From the IMG/VR virus record IMGVR_UViG_3300045971_000354, positions 1 to 64,000 of that record: 64,000 nt of DNA; one strand, given 5' to 3'. The stretch comes from a virus. Below are positions 9,433 through 22,000 of the stretch, piece by piece (position 1 is the first letter of the stretch; every line of letters starts with the position of its first letter). Position numbers and translations under genes: made by a program. The notes under the pieces are model-generated. The model saw nothing but the letters and a program-made list of their open reading frames with translations. It did no database searches and was not told where the DNA came from.

Positions 9433-12400
9433 TTATACCGTTGTATAAATTCTTTGTACCTTAACTGTATTACCAGCCGCGGTTCCTGTTCCCTGCAATA
9501 ATACGTTTCCGCCACTGATTCCAACTGTGAAAAGCATAATTGGAGAAGCACCTGTAAAGACTGAAACATCTTGTAGATACGGTGTTGTTCCGTCATGAAT
9601 TACTAACGCTTCAGTACTTTGATACTGAGGACTGTTACTTATAGTTATTACATACTTAGCCGATCTGTAAGTTGAAGTTGAGAAGCTATCAATTGTAACT
9701 TGAGCAACACCGACTGAAATTCCAGTCTGATCATAAACAACAGGTACATTGTTAGTTATAACATTGCTACTAAATGTACTAGTATTAGTTGCATATAGTA
9801 GACCAGATAGTGTTGTAGTTCCTGTTACCCCTAGGTTTCCTACAATTACAACCTGTGATGCACTTACAATTCCGCCGATTACATTAGTTGCATATGTTGC
9901 TGTAGTTGCCCACGATGATGTATTAGCTAAATCGGCAATTGTTGCACGATTTACATAGATGCTTGCTGTTGCAACAAATGTTGCAGTGTTTACACCTGCC
10001 ATTAACAATGCGCCAGCAGTACCTGAACTTATAAAACTTGTTCCGTTTGCTGCTGTCTGTATCGGAATTGCGCCTGCATTCCCGTAAAATAAATTGTTCG
10101 AGTATACAGCAGCATTTATATACATCGATGCAGTAGTTACAAACGATGAAGTTGTCTGCGATGTCTGTGATAAGAACGATCCAACTGAACCGGTGCTAAT
10201 AAATGATGTTATACCAAGTGCCGACTGAATTGGAATTGTACCAGTAGCGCCGTTATCAATATAAGTTGCAGTAGTTGCTCTACCAACGGTTAATGCAGTT
10301 AGACTTTGCCAAGATGCAGTACTTCCTGCAACTACCTGCAATACTTGACCAACAGTACCGAGTGCAATAAAGCTAGTTGTTCCAGTAGCTGATTGAATTG
10401 GAATTGATCCAGCTGCTCCACCAGATACGTTTGTTGATGAGTTTGCTTGGTATGCAAGATTTGCAAACAACGCAGCACCGACATATATACTACCAGTACT
10501 TGTATAAGCTGGTGCACCTGGTTGGCTCACTAACAAATTACCCTGGCTTCCAGTATTAATAAATCCAGTGGTGCCAGTTGATACTTGATAAACTAGTTGT
10601 CCGGGCGTGCCGCCTAAAACATTTGTTGCACTAACTGCAAATCCGACTTGAATCGAACCAGTAGTTACAAATGTTGCGGTGTTTCCGACCTGTTGCTGTA
10701 AAATATTTCCTACAGATCCAGTATTAATGTACGAAGTTATTCCAATTGCTGACTGAATTGGAATATAACCAGCACTACCGTTTTGTATATTTGTTGCAGT
10801 AGTTGCATTACCAGCAGTTAAATTAGCAGTGGTTGTCCAAGTTGCAGTGTTTGCACCGCCCATTGCCAACACAAATCCTGCAGTTCCAGTTCCGATAAAT
10901 CCAGTAATACCAGGAGCTAACTGATAAGGCATTGCTCCAAGCACTCCGCCTAATATGTTTGTTGCAGTAATTGCATAACCAGCAGTAATGTTAGTACTAC
11001 TCGAGAATACCGGAGCACTTGTACCGTTACTTAACAATACTTGTCCAGGAGTTCCTGGGGTATTGAATACCATTGAATTTGCGCCGCCGTATACAATAGA
11101 ACCAGGACTAGGTACGTTAGTTGCACTAGTACCACCGCTTGATAAGTTTAATACTCCACCTAGCGTTACAGTACCAGTTGTTGCGGCAGCAGGAGTTAAT
11201 CCAGTTGCTCCACCATTAATTGATAGGACACCAAAGTTGGAAATTAAAACTGTGCCGCCTAACGATACTGGACTATTTCCAATTCCGATTCCAGCATTTC
11301 CAGGGCTTACAATAATTGTACTGCTTACAAGTGCTGAGTTTTTAATTGTGCCTGTAGTAATCTGGTCAGCTGAACCGTTGAATACATTTGCATACAATAC
11401 TCCGGTAGCTGCGTTTACATAGAACGAAGCTGTGGTGCCCAGTGTTTGTACTGCACCGCTGTTTGCTGCAAAAAACGATGGATAATAATTTGCGTTTGCT
11501 GTAGTCGGTGCATTTGCTACTGCGCCGGCATATCCGACATAGATGCTTGATGTATTCACATAAGCAGGAACGCCGGGCTGGCTCATTAACAACCAACCTT
11601 GAGTTGCTGTGCTAATAAAACTTGTTAAATTAGGCGATACTTGATAAGGAAGTTGACCAGCAGTTCCGCCGATTAAGTTGTATGCTGCGGTTGCATTACC
11701 TTGGAATGCACCGGAGAATAATGTTGCTGTAACAACCCCTGCAACGTTTATATTTCCACCAACTCCAACACCGCCCGCTACTATCAATGCTCCTGTTATA
11801 GTAGAATTTGATGCAGTAGTATCTACTAAAATTATAGAACCAGTCTTAAATGTTCCGTAAGTACTTCCGGCAAAAGTTGCTGTATTTTCAGCACCTGCAT
11901 TATACCACTCTAAATACTTGGTATCGTTTGCAAGAACAAGTGCTGCATTTGTATTAGTGCTATTTGTAAAATAGTGAAATCTTAAACCGATATCCTTTCC
12001 GTCGTCAACTGCCCAAGGAGTGCCAACACCGCCGGGAGGGGTGTGTAGCTCAAGGATATTATCAGTGTAGAATGTATTTGTACTTAGAACATAAGTTGCA
12101 GAGCCGTTAAATGTTACTGTTCCGCCGAATGTTACGGGACCATTTAACACACTTCCGTTTGAAACAGTTAGATTATTTAAATATGCGTTATTTGCACCAA
12201 TACCACCATCTACAACTAACGCGCCTGTGCCTGTAGTAGTTGCGTTGGTATTATTTGCTATTAGAATTACATTAGTAGTTGCATTACCACGATCAGTTAC
12301 ATTTTGTAATGTAGCAGTGCTCCAGACGGTAACAACACCAGTTGAAGTACTAACCGTTGTACCAGTTCCTGCGATAAGAGAAGTTACACCAAAGGTACCA

Positions 12401-12639
12401 ATTGTTGCAACTGTTAATATTTGGGCTCCGGCTGCATATGCTGTTCCGCCAACCCATAAATCTTTTAAAATGCTTGCGCCGCCACCAACTTGTAACGCAC
12501 CCGAGAACGAAGAAGTAGTTGCGTTTGTAACATTTGTGGTAGTAACAATACCGAAAGTCGTTAGTCCGCCGCTATTGGCATCAACGGTTAATCCTCCAAC
12601 TGTTAATCCATTGTGGACGTAAAAAAACTTATTTGACAT
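9433..12639 (-). CDS. Fibre protein paralogue (1068 aa)
   Basis: MSNKFFYVHNGLTVG N-terminus, DDGKDIG module, GGxAGxIPxQ repeats, C-terminal YRSAKY domain. SD GGAG upstream. Confidence 0.85.
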   Translation of the reverse strand: MSNKFFYVHNGLTVGGLTVDANSGGLTTFGIVTTTNVTNATTSSFSGALQVGGGASILKDLWVGGTAYAAGAQILTVATIGTFGVTSLIAGTGTTVSTSTGVVTVWSTATLQNVTDRGNATTNVILIANNTNATTTGTGALVVDGGIGANNAYLNNLTVSNGSVLNGPVTFGGTVTFNGSATYVLSTNTFYTDNILELHTPPGGVGTPWAVDDGKDIGLRFHYFTNSTNTNAALVLANDTKYLEWYNAGAENTATFAGSTYGTFKTGSIILVDTTASNSTITGALIVAGGVGVGGNINVAGVVTATLFSGAFQGNATAAYNLIGGTAGQLPYQVSPNLTSFISTATQGWLLMSQPGVPAYVNTSSIYVGYAGAVANAPTTANANYYPSFFAANSGAVQTLGTTASFYVNAATGVLYANVFNGSADQITTGTIKNSALVSSTIIVSPGNAGIGIGNSPVSLGGTVLISNFGVLSINGGATGLTPAAATTGTVTLGGVLNLSSGGTSATNVPSPGSIVYGGANSMVFNTPGTPGQVLLSNGTSAPVFSSSTNITAGYAITATNILGGVLGAMPYQLAPGITGFIGTGTAGFVLAMGGANTATWTTTANLTAGNATTATNIQNGSAGYIPIQSAIGITSYINTGSVGNILQQQVGNTATFVTTGSIQVGFAVSATNVLGGTPGQLVYQVSTGTTGFINTGSQGNLLVSQPGAPAYTSTGSIYVGAALFANLAYQANSSTNVSGGAAGSIPIQSATGTTSFIALGTVGQVLQVVAGSTASWQSLTALTVGRATTATYIDNGATGTIPIQSALGITSFISTGSVGSFLSQTSQTTSSFVTTASMYINAAVYSNNLFYGNAGAIPIQTAANGTSFISSGTAGALLMAGVNTATFVATASIYVNRATIADLANTSSWATTATYATNVIGGIVSASQVVIVGNLGVTGTTTLSGLLYATNTSTFSSNVITNNVPVVYDQTGISVGVAQVTIDSFSTSTYRSAKYVITISNSPQYQSTEALVIHDGTTPYLQDVSVFTGASPIMLFTVGISGGNVLLQGTGTAAGNTVKVQRIYTTV

Positions 12640-12672
12640 TAAAAACTCTCCAAGTTATGTTATACACTGTCT

Positions 12673-12678
12673 TATTTA
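12673..12678 (-). promoter_or_regulatory. Late promoter core TAAATA
   Basis: Intergenic tattta ~34 nt upstream of ATG 12639. Confidence 0.65.
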
Positions 12679-12681
12679 GTG

Positions 12682-15651
12682 TTATATTGTGATATAGGTT
12701 GGCTGGACTTTGACAATGTTTCCTGCCAATGATCCAATCCCGCGAAGTAAAACAGTGCCAACAGTTACTATTGCTGTGAATAGCATAAGGTTATCTGCAC
12801 CAGAAAATACAGAAGTTTGTTCAATGCTTGCATTTGTGCCATCCTGTATTAGTAAAATTTCAGTAGTTTGATATTGATTAGAGCCTGCATTACTTACACT
12901 TATTAAATATTTTGCAGATCTATATAGTGAAGTCGAAAAAGAATCTAAAATCGTTAAAGTTGTGTCTACAATTGCAGCAGGTTGATTATAAATGATTGGA
13001 TGATTTGAGATGATTAAATCATTTTGAACATTTAGTTGGCCGCCGACAGTTAGTTTACCACCGATTCCAACCCCTCCATTAACTACTAATGCTCCCGAAG
13101 TCGTCGATACTGAATCGGTAACATTAGAAAGAGTAATTACTTGATTTGTTCCAGAACCTCTGCTTGTAACACTCTGTAACGTAGATGCAATTCCTATGCT
13201 AATATTCGAACCAGTAGATGCTGAAACTGTAACTTCTGCGGTAGATACTAAACTCTGCACTCCAAGATTAGTTAATATAATATTGCCAGTAGCAGTACTT
13301 ACTCCGAGGAACTGAGTACCCGATAAGCTTAGTACTCCTGAATTATTAATAGTAAAAGTAGAGCTTGATCCAGAAACAACTAAATTTGTAAGATTAATTC
13401 CGGTTCCTGCTACTGGGGTTACCGACGTTAGTACTCGGTTATTGCTATCAAATAAACTAGAACTAAAAACTGCACCTAGAACGTGTAGATTGCCTCCAAT
13501 TCCAACACCACCTGTTACTATTAATGCACCATTACTGAATGATGTACTAATAGTAGGATTGGTAATTGCAATTGCATTTGTAGTTGATGCACCGCGATCA
13601 GTTACAGTTTGCAACGTGCTATTAGAAGTAAGTGTTATTCCACCACTAGTGGTACTAAGCGTAATATCAGTGCTTGTTCCTAATGTTAATGACGTTACAC
13701 CTGTGTTTGTTACAAGCACTGCACCAGATGCTGTATTAAGAGAAATGCCAGCGCCAGCAGTTAATGTAACTACTCCAATATTTGTAACTGTTACATTTCC
13801 AGTGCTAACATTAACTGCTATACCGTAACCCGGAAGTACCCTAGTTACTCCATATAATCCTAATTGAGATGCAGGTATGTAGCCTACAATGTTTGTTAAT
13901 TGGCCAACATCTGTAAGGGTTGCTGTTGTCCAAACTGCTGCATTATTAGAAAAAATTGCCGCAGCTCGGATAGTCCCTGCTACTACTAACGCTGTACTAC
14001 TAGTGTTAGTAATGTTAATTGCGTTTGTAGTAGTTGTGCCAACATCTGTAACATTTTGAAAGGACGAATTATTACTAATTGTTACAGTACCAGTGTTTGC
14101 GTTTACAATTGTTCCCGGGCCTGCATAGATTGCCTGCACTCCAAGATTTGTAATAACATACGAAACATACGGACCAGTTGTGCTAATGTATGTTACGCCG
14201 ATACCTGTACCTGATGTAGGCGCAACTGACGTAATAACTCGATTTTGATTTTCAAAAATTTCTACTGCATACAAGCTATTCCATTGATCTGTTGCAGCAC
14301 CAAGACCTCTAGAATTGGTAGGAGCGGGTACTATACTTCCGTTTACAACAAATGTATTACTAGGACTTGTATAAGTTATGCTGCCGTGTGTTCCATCGGC
14401 CGCCATTACATTAATGGAGTTTCCTACAAATAAATCACCTGCAATTCCAACGCCACCGGCAACAGTTAATGCTCCACTGATAGATGAAGTGGATGCAGTG
14501 GACGAAGTAATTGAGATACTATGAGAAGAAGTTGATCCTCGAACTACTACTGAATCTAATGTATCAATATTTCGAAGAGTAACCGAACCTGTTGATCCGC
14601 TTGCAAACAGCCCGGCAGGGTCAACGATAAGTTGGCTCACTCCTAACGATGCTACTGTTGCACTTGTTAAAACGGCCAGCCCGTTACTAAAGATTTGGTT
14701 AGCGTAGAGGCTTCCGCCAATACCAACTCCACCTGCAACTGTTAACGCACCAGTGTTAGTTGATGTCGATACTGTTACATCAGTGATGTGTAGTAAATTG
14801 TTTGTTGTAGTAGAGATTGCACCTGACACCCCTTGTGGACCTTGAGGACCAACAGGGCCGGTATCACCTTGTATGCTAGGTGATGCATCAACCCACATAT
14901 TGTGTGTACCATCATTATAGTAAACACGTAAGATGCCAACTGTGCTATCCCACCAAAACTTTCCAACATACGGAAGCAATGGGGGAGTATCGCTTATCTC
15001 AGCTGATCCGCCTCCCACTGGCTGTCCATTGACAAAAATACCAGTTGCACTAACAATGCCTGCTGTTAAAGTAGTAAAGGTAGCACTTGCAGCTACCCTT
15101 GTACCAATTGACATATTATCAATAGCGCCTAGTGTAGTAGGATTAATATCTACTGATCCAATGCCCTTTGGAGTAATAGTTACTGAAGAATCAGTCGGAG
15201 CAATAAACACTGCTCCAAATGCATTTAACGAGCCACCCACTTGCACATCTTTACTAACAAGTAATCCGCCGTCTATTAAAACAGTAGTCAATGTGTTTAA
15301 GAATTTTGCAGTATTTGTTACTGTTAAATCAATAATAGTACCAGTATTAAACGTTAACGAATTACCGTTAATTAAAATGTTTCCATTTAAATTTAATGTG
15401 CCTGTTCCATTTGATTGTATGCTTAGGTTTCCATTCGGAGTCTGTGTTTGCATAATACTATTGGCGAATGTTACTCCGCCAATAGTAGTTGTAAACCCTA
15501 ACTGTCCGTTTGGACCTGTTACTAGTGTATAACCTGTAGAGGTAGTTGGGGTTTTTCCCAGTGCTAGCTGTGCACCGGGCAGTGTAATGAATATGGTTGA
15601 GGTACCCGCGGTACCCTTTAGCGGTTGGCCGCCGTTTAATAGACTAGGCAT
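12682..15651 (-). CDS. Fibre-like virion protein with short collagen-like segment (989 aa)
   Basis: GDTGPVGPQGPQGVSG collagen triplets, GVTxLxAGxGI repeats, C-terminal YRSAKY domain. Confidence 0.8.
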   Translation of the reverse strand: MPSLLNGGQPLKGTAGTSTIFITLPGAQLALGKTPTTSTGYTLVTGPNGQLGFTTTIGGVTFANSIMQTQTPNGNLSIQSNGTGTLNLNGNILINGNSLTFNTGTIIDLTVTNTAKFLNTLTTVLIDGGLLVSKDVQVGGSLNAFGAVFIAPTDSSVTITPKGIGSVDINPTTLGAIDNMSIGTRVAASATFTTLTAGIVSATGIFVNGQPVGGGSAEISDTPPLLPYVGKFWWDSTVGILRVYYNDGTHNMWVDASPSIQGDTGPVGPQGPQGVSGAISTTTNNLLHITDVTVSTSTNTGALTVAGGVGIGGSLYANQIFSNGLAVLTSATVASLGVSQLIVDPAGLFASGSTGSVTLRNIDTLDSVVVRGSTSSHSISITSSTASTSSISGALTVAGGVGIAGDLFVGNSINVMAADGTHGSITYTSPSNTFVVNGSIVPAPTNSRGLGAATDQWNSLYAVEIFENQNRVITSVAPTSGTGIGVTYISTTGPYVSYVITNLGVQAIYAGPGTIVNANTGTVTISNNSSFQNVTDVGTTTTNAINITNTSSTALVVAGTIRAAAIFSNNAAVWTTATLTDVGQLTNIVGYIPASQLGLYGVTRVLPGYGIAVNVSTGNVTVTNIGVVTLTAGAGISLNTASGAVLVTNTGVTSLTLGTSTDITLSTTSGGITLTSNSTLQTVTDRGASTTNAIAITNPTISTSFSNGALIVTGGVGIGGNLHVLGAVFSSSLFDSNNRVLTSVTPVAGTGINLTNLVVSGSSSTFTINNSGVLSLSGTQFLGVSTATGNIILTNLGVQSLVSTAEVTVSASTGSNISIGIASTLQSVTSRGSGTNQVITLSNVTDSVSTTSGALVVNGGVGIGGKLTVGGQLNVQNDLIISNHPIIYNQPAAIVDTTLTILDSFSTSLYRSAKYLISVSNAGSNQYQTTEILLIQDGTNASIEQTSVFSGADNLMLFTAIVTVGTVLLRGIGSLAGNIVKVQPTYITI

Positions 15652-16030
15652 TGGCTGTCTCTAATATACTTAATGTTAGCTTTACTACTCCGCTTTCGTC
15701 TGCATAAGCAATCACGCTATCTAAACTTTCAATAATCATCTTTCCTGATAATAAGCTTGCAGCATTATTTGTCGGAATTGCATAACCCAATACTTGTTCA
15801 GTTGTAACATTCCCGCTTTGTCCACCATTCCCTTGAGTGTCGGGCAATATAGGAAGATTTCTATGGTGAGCAAAGCTAACTAAATGCTGACTTACTTGAT
15901 CAATGTTTGCTGCATTAGCCATTAATACAATAGCAGTAGTACCCACTGGTGCTGTGTATACTTTAGCAGTTGGATCGTTTGTTAAGATCGCTGTCTTAGT
16001 TTTGAATACGTTTAAGGGTAATAATGCCAT
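15644..16030 (-). CDS. Small putative virion beta-sandwich protein (128 aa)
   Basis: ORF overlapping the next start; YTAPVGTTAIVL...IPTNNAA..L.GKMIIE..D motif; within the structural operon. Confidence 0.7.
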   Translation of the reverse strand: MALLPLNVFKTKTAILTNDPTAKVYTAPVGTTAIVLMANAANIDQVSQHLVSFAHHRNLPILPDTQGNGGQSGNVTTEQVLGYAIPTNNAASLLSGKMIIESLDSVIAYADESGVVKLTLSILETANA

Positions 16031-16032
16031 TT

Positions 16033-19000
16033 TTAGATTCCTTCAATTGCCAATATGAATGGCGTTAAGTTTGCAAACAACGACTTTGTAAATGTTCTAC
16101 CGCTTAATACACCAGTTGCTTGACTGATGACTAATCCTGTACCAATTCGGAAGTCACCGTTTTGGTCAGTTGAAGTAAAGAACACCTTACCATTATTTAA
16201 CTGAACTGTCTCTTTACTCTGCACAGGATCTGCAACACCTACTTGAGGTAATGCACCATAGTTTGTTCCAGCGCCCACGTATTCAAACAAGTAGCCAGAA
16301 GCTGACATATACGAACGTTGATAAAAGTTTACAATAGAACCATTCGGGAATAGCCCAACGTCTGTTACGTTCTCTTCAAGTTGAACTAAGTGATGTGTTC
16401 CTGCTGTTGCATAATAGCTCTTTCCTGCTACAATTGCATTATAGTTTCCACCGTTGGCTAAGTCGTAACTTAGAGCATCAACTAGCAAGCCCACATCTCG
16501 GCGGCACTTATCTTTATTATATGCTCCAAATGTACGATTGATATACGAAATAACTTCTGCAACAATAAATTCTCTGTTTGCTTCTAACATCTTTGCTGCA
16601 TTTATTACATTTGTACTTGTGCTACGGATTTGCGGAATAGGAGTTCCAGGTAATGCAACTCCGGGGCCGTTATTGATAATGTTAGTAATAACATCAACAT
16701 CGCCCTTAACAATAGCAGCTTCGGCAGCAGTTCCAGTCGGTAAATTAGTTATTTGAACTTTTGCCGACTGATATGTTGTAACTGACTGACCGAGAACAAT
16801 CTGTTGAGTGATCGATTTAATATAATCGTATGCAGCAGTTACTTCGATAATCTCATTCGGTACCGCAGTAGATGCGCCGTTGTGTGCAAAATAGTAAACT
16901 CCGCTTTGAATAGCTTGTCTATTTCCACCATATAACAAGTCAAAGCTCACGCTGTCGATCATAAAGCCAACATCGCGGTAACATTTTGCCGAGTCGTAAA
17001 TAAAGCCAGGTGTCTTAGAGTTCTCTACATATGCAACTGCCTCAGTTTGAATATAAGTTTTATTTGCCTGTAATAAGTTATAAGCACGTACAACGTTAAT
17101 ATTAATATTTGCAGTAAGATTATTTGGAATAATCTTATTAGTAACTCCGACTGTGCCGTTAGCTAAGATATCAAGAATCACCTTAAAGTCAGTGTCAATT
17201 GCATTAGCTTCAACACTCGATGCAATTGTTCCGCTTATTTGGGTAAGGGTTGTTTGGTATCGTGTGCCGCTTGCAACACTTCCTGAAATATTTTGAATAA
17301 CTTGTTTTGCAAGACTGTTTACATAATTGATTGTGTTAGTTGTAGTAGTAATTTCACTCGCAATTGCACCGACATATCCTGTTTTGGTTATGCTATTTAC
17401 AAATGCAACAGTTTCTGCTCTTAAGAAGTTTCTATTTGCATGTATTAATGTTGCAGCATTTATCACATTTGCGTTCACTGAACGAGTTAGACCAATCGAC
17501 TGTCCAGGTTGCGCAGTGCTTGGACCGTTTGATATAATATCTGTTATTACACTAATTTCAGATTGTGCCAATAATACTTCAGCAGATGTACCCGGTGTTC
17601 CACTCGTAACTTGTGCTGTAGCAGTTTGATAAGGTGACGCGATCGGAGTAGCTGTAATAATATTTGATAATAATGATTTTAAGTAGTTATACGCTTGAAT
17701 CGACACTGCTTGTTCACCAGGCAATGCAGTTGAAGTACCATTGAAACTATAATAGTAAACTCCGCTTTCGATTGCTTGTAAGTTACCAGTGTATAGCAAG
17801 TCGAAGCTTACTGAATCAACCATATAACCTACATCACGAGCACACTTAGTCTGATCATATATAAATCCAGCTGTCTTAGTTGCGTTTACATATGCCACTG
17901 CTTCAGCTTGAATGTATGCTCTGTTAGCTTGTAAAGTTGCATATGCATTTTGAACATTTACGGTACCGCTTGCAACAATTCCGTTTGGAATAATTGCATC
18001 AGTAATTCCTGCTACTCCAGAATTTATAATACTCAAGATAACATTAAAGTCATTAACAATAGTAGCCTGTTCAAATGCAGACGCAATAGTTCCACTTATA
18101 TTTTGCGTTGCAGTTGACTGATAACGAACGCCGCTGGTATCATTTAATATAACCTTTGCTGCTAAATCTCTAACATATGCAATTGCATTTGTTGTTGTAG
18201 TTAATTCATTTGCAATTGCACCTACATAGCTTCCGTGATTCCAATACTGAACTCCGGAGAAAGTAGCTTGTGTTTGGCCGCCAAACAACAAATCTTGTGT
18301 TATTGCGTCAACAATTAGTCCAGTATCACGAGAACACTTAACTTGATTATATGTAAAGTTGCTTGTTTGATTCCAATATTGAATACCTGCAAAAGTTGCT
18401 TGGCTTGATGTGCTAAACAACAAATCTTGTGCTAGAGCATCAACAATTAATCCAGTATCACGAGCACACTTAGTTTGATTATAAGTAAATGTTTTACCAA
18501 ATGTGTTATTGATGTACGCAATAGTTTCAGCTTGTATAAATGTACGGTTAGATTCAAGTAAGTTACCTGCATTAACAACATCAGTAGTAACACTTGGCAC
18601 TAAACCTAACGATGTAGGAGCAGCGGCTGAGCTTGGACCGTTTGCAATAATGTTTGTAATGACGTCAACACTGCCTTGAGCAAGCAACGCCGTTGCATTT
18701 GTACCAGTAAACGCAGTAATTACTTGCGGGACTACTGATTGGTACGTTGTTACCGTAGTTCCAAGAATAATATTTGGAATAATTGCTTTAATATGATTGT
18801 AAGCTGCCTTAATTTGGATAGATTCTCCAGGTATCGCACTCGATGTACTAGAGAAACCATAATAGTAAACACCTGACTGAATTGCTTGACGATTGCCACC
18901 GTACAATAAGTCAATACAAATAGAATCGATCATGTAACCAACATCACGATAGCATTTAGCTTGATTATAAGTGAAGGTAGGTGTTCTGGATTTTTCAACA

Positions 19001-22000
19001 TAAGCCACAGCTTCTGCCTGAATATATGCCTTATTAGCTTGTAACACTGCAAATGCATTTTGTACAGCAGATATCCCACTCTTAGTTAAACTATTCGGCA
19101 CAATGATATTAGTAACATTTGCAGTACCGTTAGTTAAGATACTAGTAATAACATCAAAGTCGGCACCGACTATTGCTGCTTCAGCAACTGTTCCGGCAGG
19201 AAGGATTACATTTTGTGTAGCAGTTGACTGGAATCTAATACCTGCTGTGATATTTTGTAATACTTCTTGTGCTAATACTTTCACATAGTTAATAGAACCA
19301 ATAGTCGGTGTTAACTCGCTTGCAATCGCACCAACATAGCCTGACTGATTCCAGTACTGTATACCAGCAAATGTTGATTGACTTGTTCCACCAAATACTA
19401 AGTCTTGGGCAATTGCATCAACAATTAAACCAGTATCGCGATAGCATTTGTCTTGATCGTATACAAATGTTAAGTAAGTGCTATCAACATAAGAAATAAT
19501 TTCATCTTGTAAGAAAGATCTGTTCTTTGTCAATAATCCAGCAGCATCTGCAAAGCTTGATACAGTAGGGCCGGTCTTTGTAACTGCCGGGGCTGAAGTA
19601 GGACCATTCTTTAAAATGCTATTAATTAAATTGCACTCGCTTGTAATATAAGTACCAGCACCAACACCGCTTAATGTAAAGTCAAATACTTGTGATGTAG
19701 CAGTTTGTAAAGGAGTAACTGACTGATTAAGAATAATTTTCTGTGTTAAGCTATTCAAATAATTAATTGAATTAATTTCTGCTTGGCCCTGTAATCCCGG
19801 CAACAAGAATGTACCGGGGGTTACTGGATCAGCAGACACAGTGCTTGATAATACTGTGTAATATGCCTTTCCGCAAGAGAATAAGTTAAAATAATTTGCA
19901 TTATTTGGGTCGCCGCCACCTGAATTTAGCGGATAGTTTAGCGTAATTGTTTCAAAATTTACGTCTGAAACAATTGTTCCAGGTTTTACGTAAGGTTGAT
20001 TATTAGTGTCTGAAGTTTTACCGTACTGATCTCGAACATAGAAACTTTGTCCAATTACAATACCTGTAGTATCTACTCCGGAAATATTAATTGTTCCAGT
20101 AACTAATACACCAACGTTTGAATTTCCTGTTACAAATCCAGGGAATCCTTGAAGGTTTTTATAGTCTGCAGGCGGTTCAATTTCCATAACTAACGCAATG
20201 TGAGGACGTAGCTTTGGATCAGCAATATATACTTGAATTGCACCTTGTTGTGGATACACGCCTTGTGGATAATAAGGAGCAACTGGTGGATTATATACAT
20301 AACCCGAGAATTCTCTCTTTCCATACCCTTTTGCAGACAAGCAAATATCGCCGAAGTTACTGTTTGAGTTTGTAATAGAGCAAATGCCGCCGTTTTCAAC
20401 TGTTACCGCATTTGAACAGAAGATCGTGAACACCGATACTAACTGTGCATAGCCGTTGTTAGTAATCTTAACACCGTTACCACCTTGGTTCAATTGCGTA
20501 AACGCATCAAAAACAAACGATTGAATAGGTGAACGATCAGATATCACGCCGCCGTCAATTAAGGCGCCGCCATTTGAGCCGATCGCATTTAATCTACGTT
20601 GCTGCCAACGGTCAGGCACATCAGGATCAAGCAACGGATAAACTGCTGTTTGTCCAAAGTATAGTGTCTGGCTATCGCCAAATCCTACAGTACTTTCACT
20701 AATATCAACTTGATATTGATTATTTCCCAATGAAGTAACATTAGTAACTACTGGTGCAATTCTAACATCGTCACGACTTAGACCAGTTTTAACAAATATT
20801 CCGTTTCCTTCAAACACAGACGGTGCAAGTGACGGGCCGCCTTCGATAATATTAGAAATAATATCATAGTTTCTTATTACGGATAATGTTGCGTTTGCAC
20901 CCTTATCGTAGAATGGTAAAAATACCTGAGAATTTACAGTAGATTGTACATATGCAATAACTTCTGATTTGATAAAGTCACGATTTGCTGCAAGTAATGC
21001 CGCTGCATTGTTAACAAATGCGTTGTTACTACGAGTTAATGGAATATTAGTAGGTGCTCCGGCTACTTTTGGTCCATTGTTAATAATATTTGTAATCTTA
21101 TCAATATTATCAGTAATTATTGCTACTTCTGCTGAAGTTGCTGCCGGCAATCCTGTAACTTGAGTTGCTCCGCTGTAGTTACTCAATAAAGGTGTTGCTG
21201 TTACAATACTCGATACTAACACTTTCATGTATTCGTATGCGTTTGTTGATGCTACTTGCTCTTTTGGTAAGCTTGTGCTTACACCATTATAACCCCAATA
21301 GTAAACACCTGACTGAATTGCTTGACGATTTCCGCCATACAATAAGTCAAAGCTTACTGAATCAACAATGTATGCAACATCTCTCGAACACTTTGCCTTA
21401 TCGTATTGGAAAGTAAGTTTATTATTGATATACGCAATTGTTTCTGCTTTAATAAATTCTCTGTTTACAGTTAGGTTATTTGCAGCATTTAGTCTATTTG
21501 CATCAGTACTTGCTACAAGACTAATAGGCGATTTTACACCTACAACGTCTGGACCATTTTCGATGATGCTAATAATTCTAGATGCTTCGTTATTAATTGC
21601 AGTAGCAGCAGATTCTCCTGCTACCGGCATTAGTGTAACTTGTTGAACAGTAGTTTGTAAAGGAGTTACTGGAATATTTCGTATAATTCGATTACTTAAT
21701 ATTTTAATAAATTCAAAAGCTGCAATTGTTTGTGGAATTTCAGTTGGAATTGCACTTGCATTGCTGTTGAATGAGAAATAGTAAACACCTGACTGAATTG
21801 CTTGACGATTGCCGCCGTGCAATAAGTCAAAGCTTACTGAATCAAGCATGTATCCTACATCTCTTGCACACAATGTCTTATCATAAACAAACCCAGGAGC
21901 CTTTGTTGCTTCAACAAACGCTACAGCTTCTGCCTGAATATATGCTTTGTTTGCCTGAAGAGATGCGTATGCATTTTGCACAGTTGATGTTGTTAACGGA

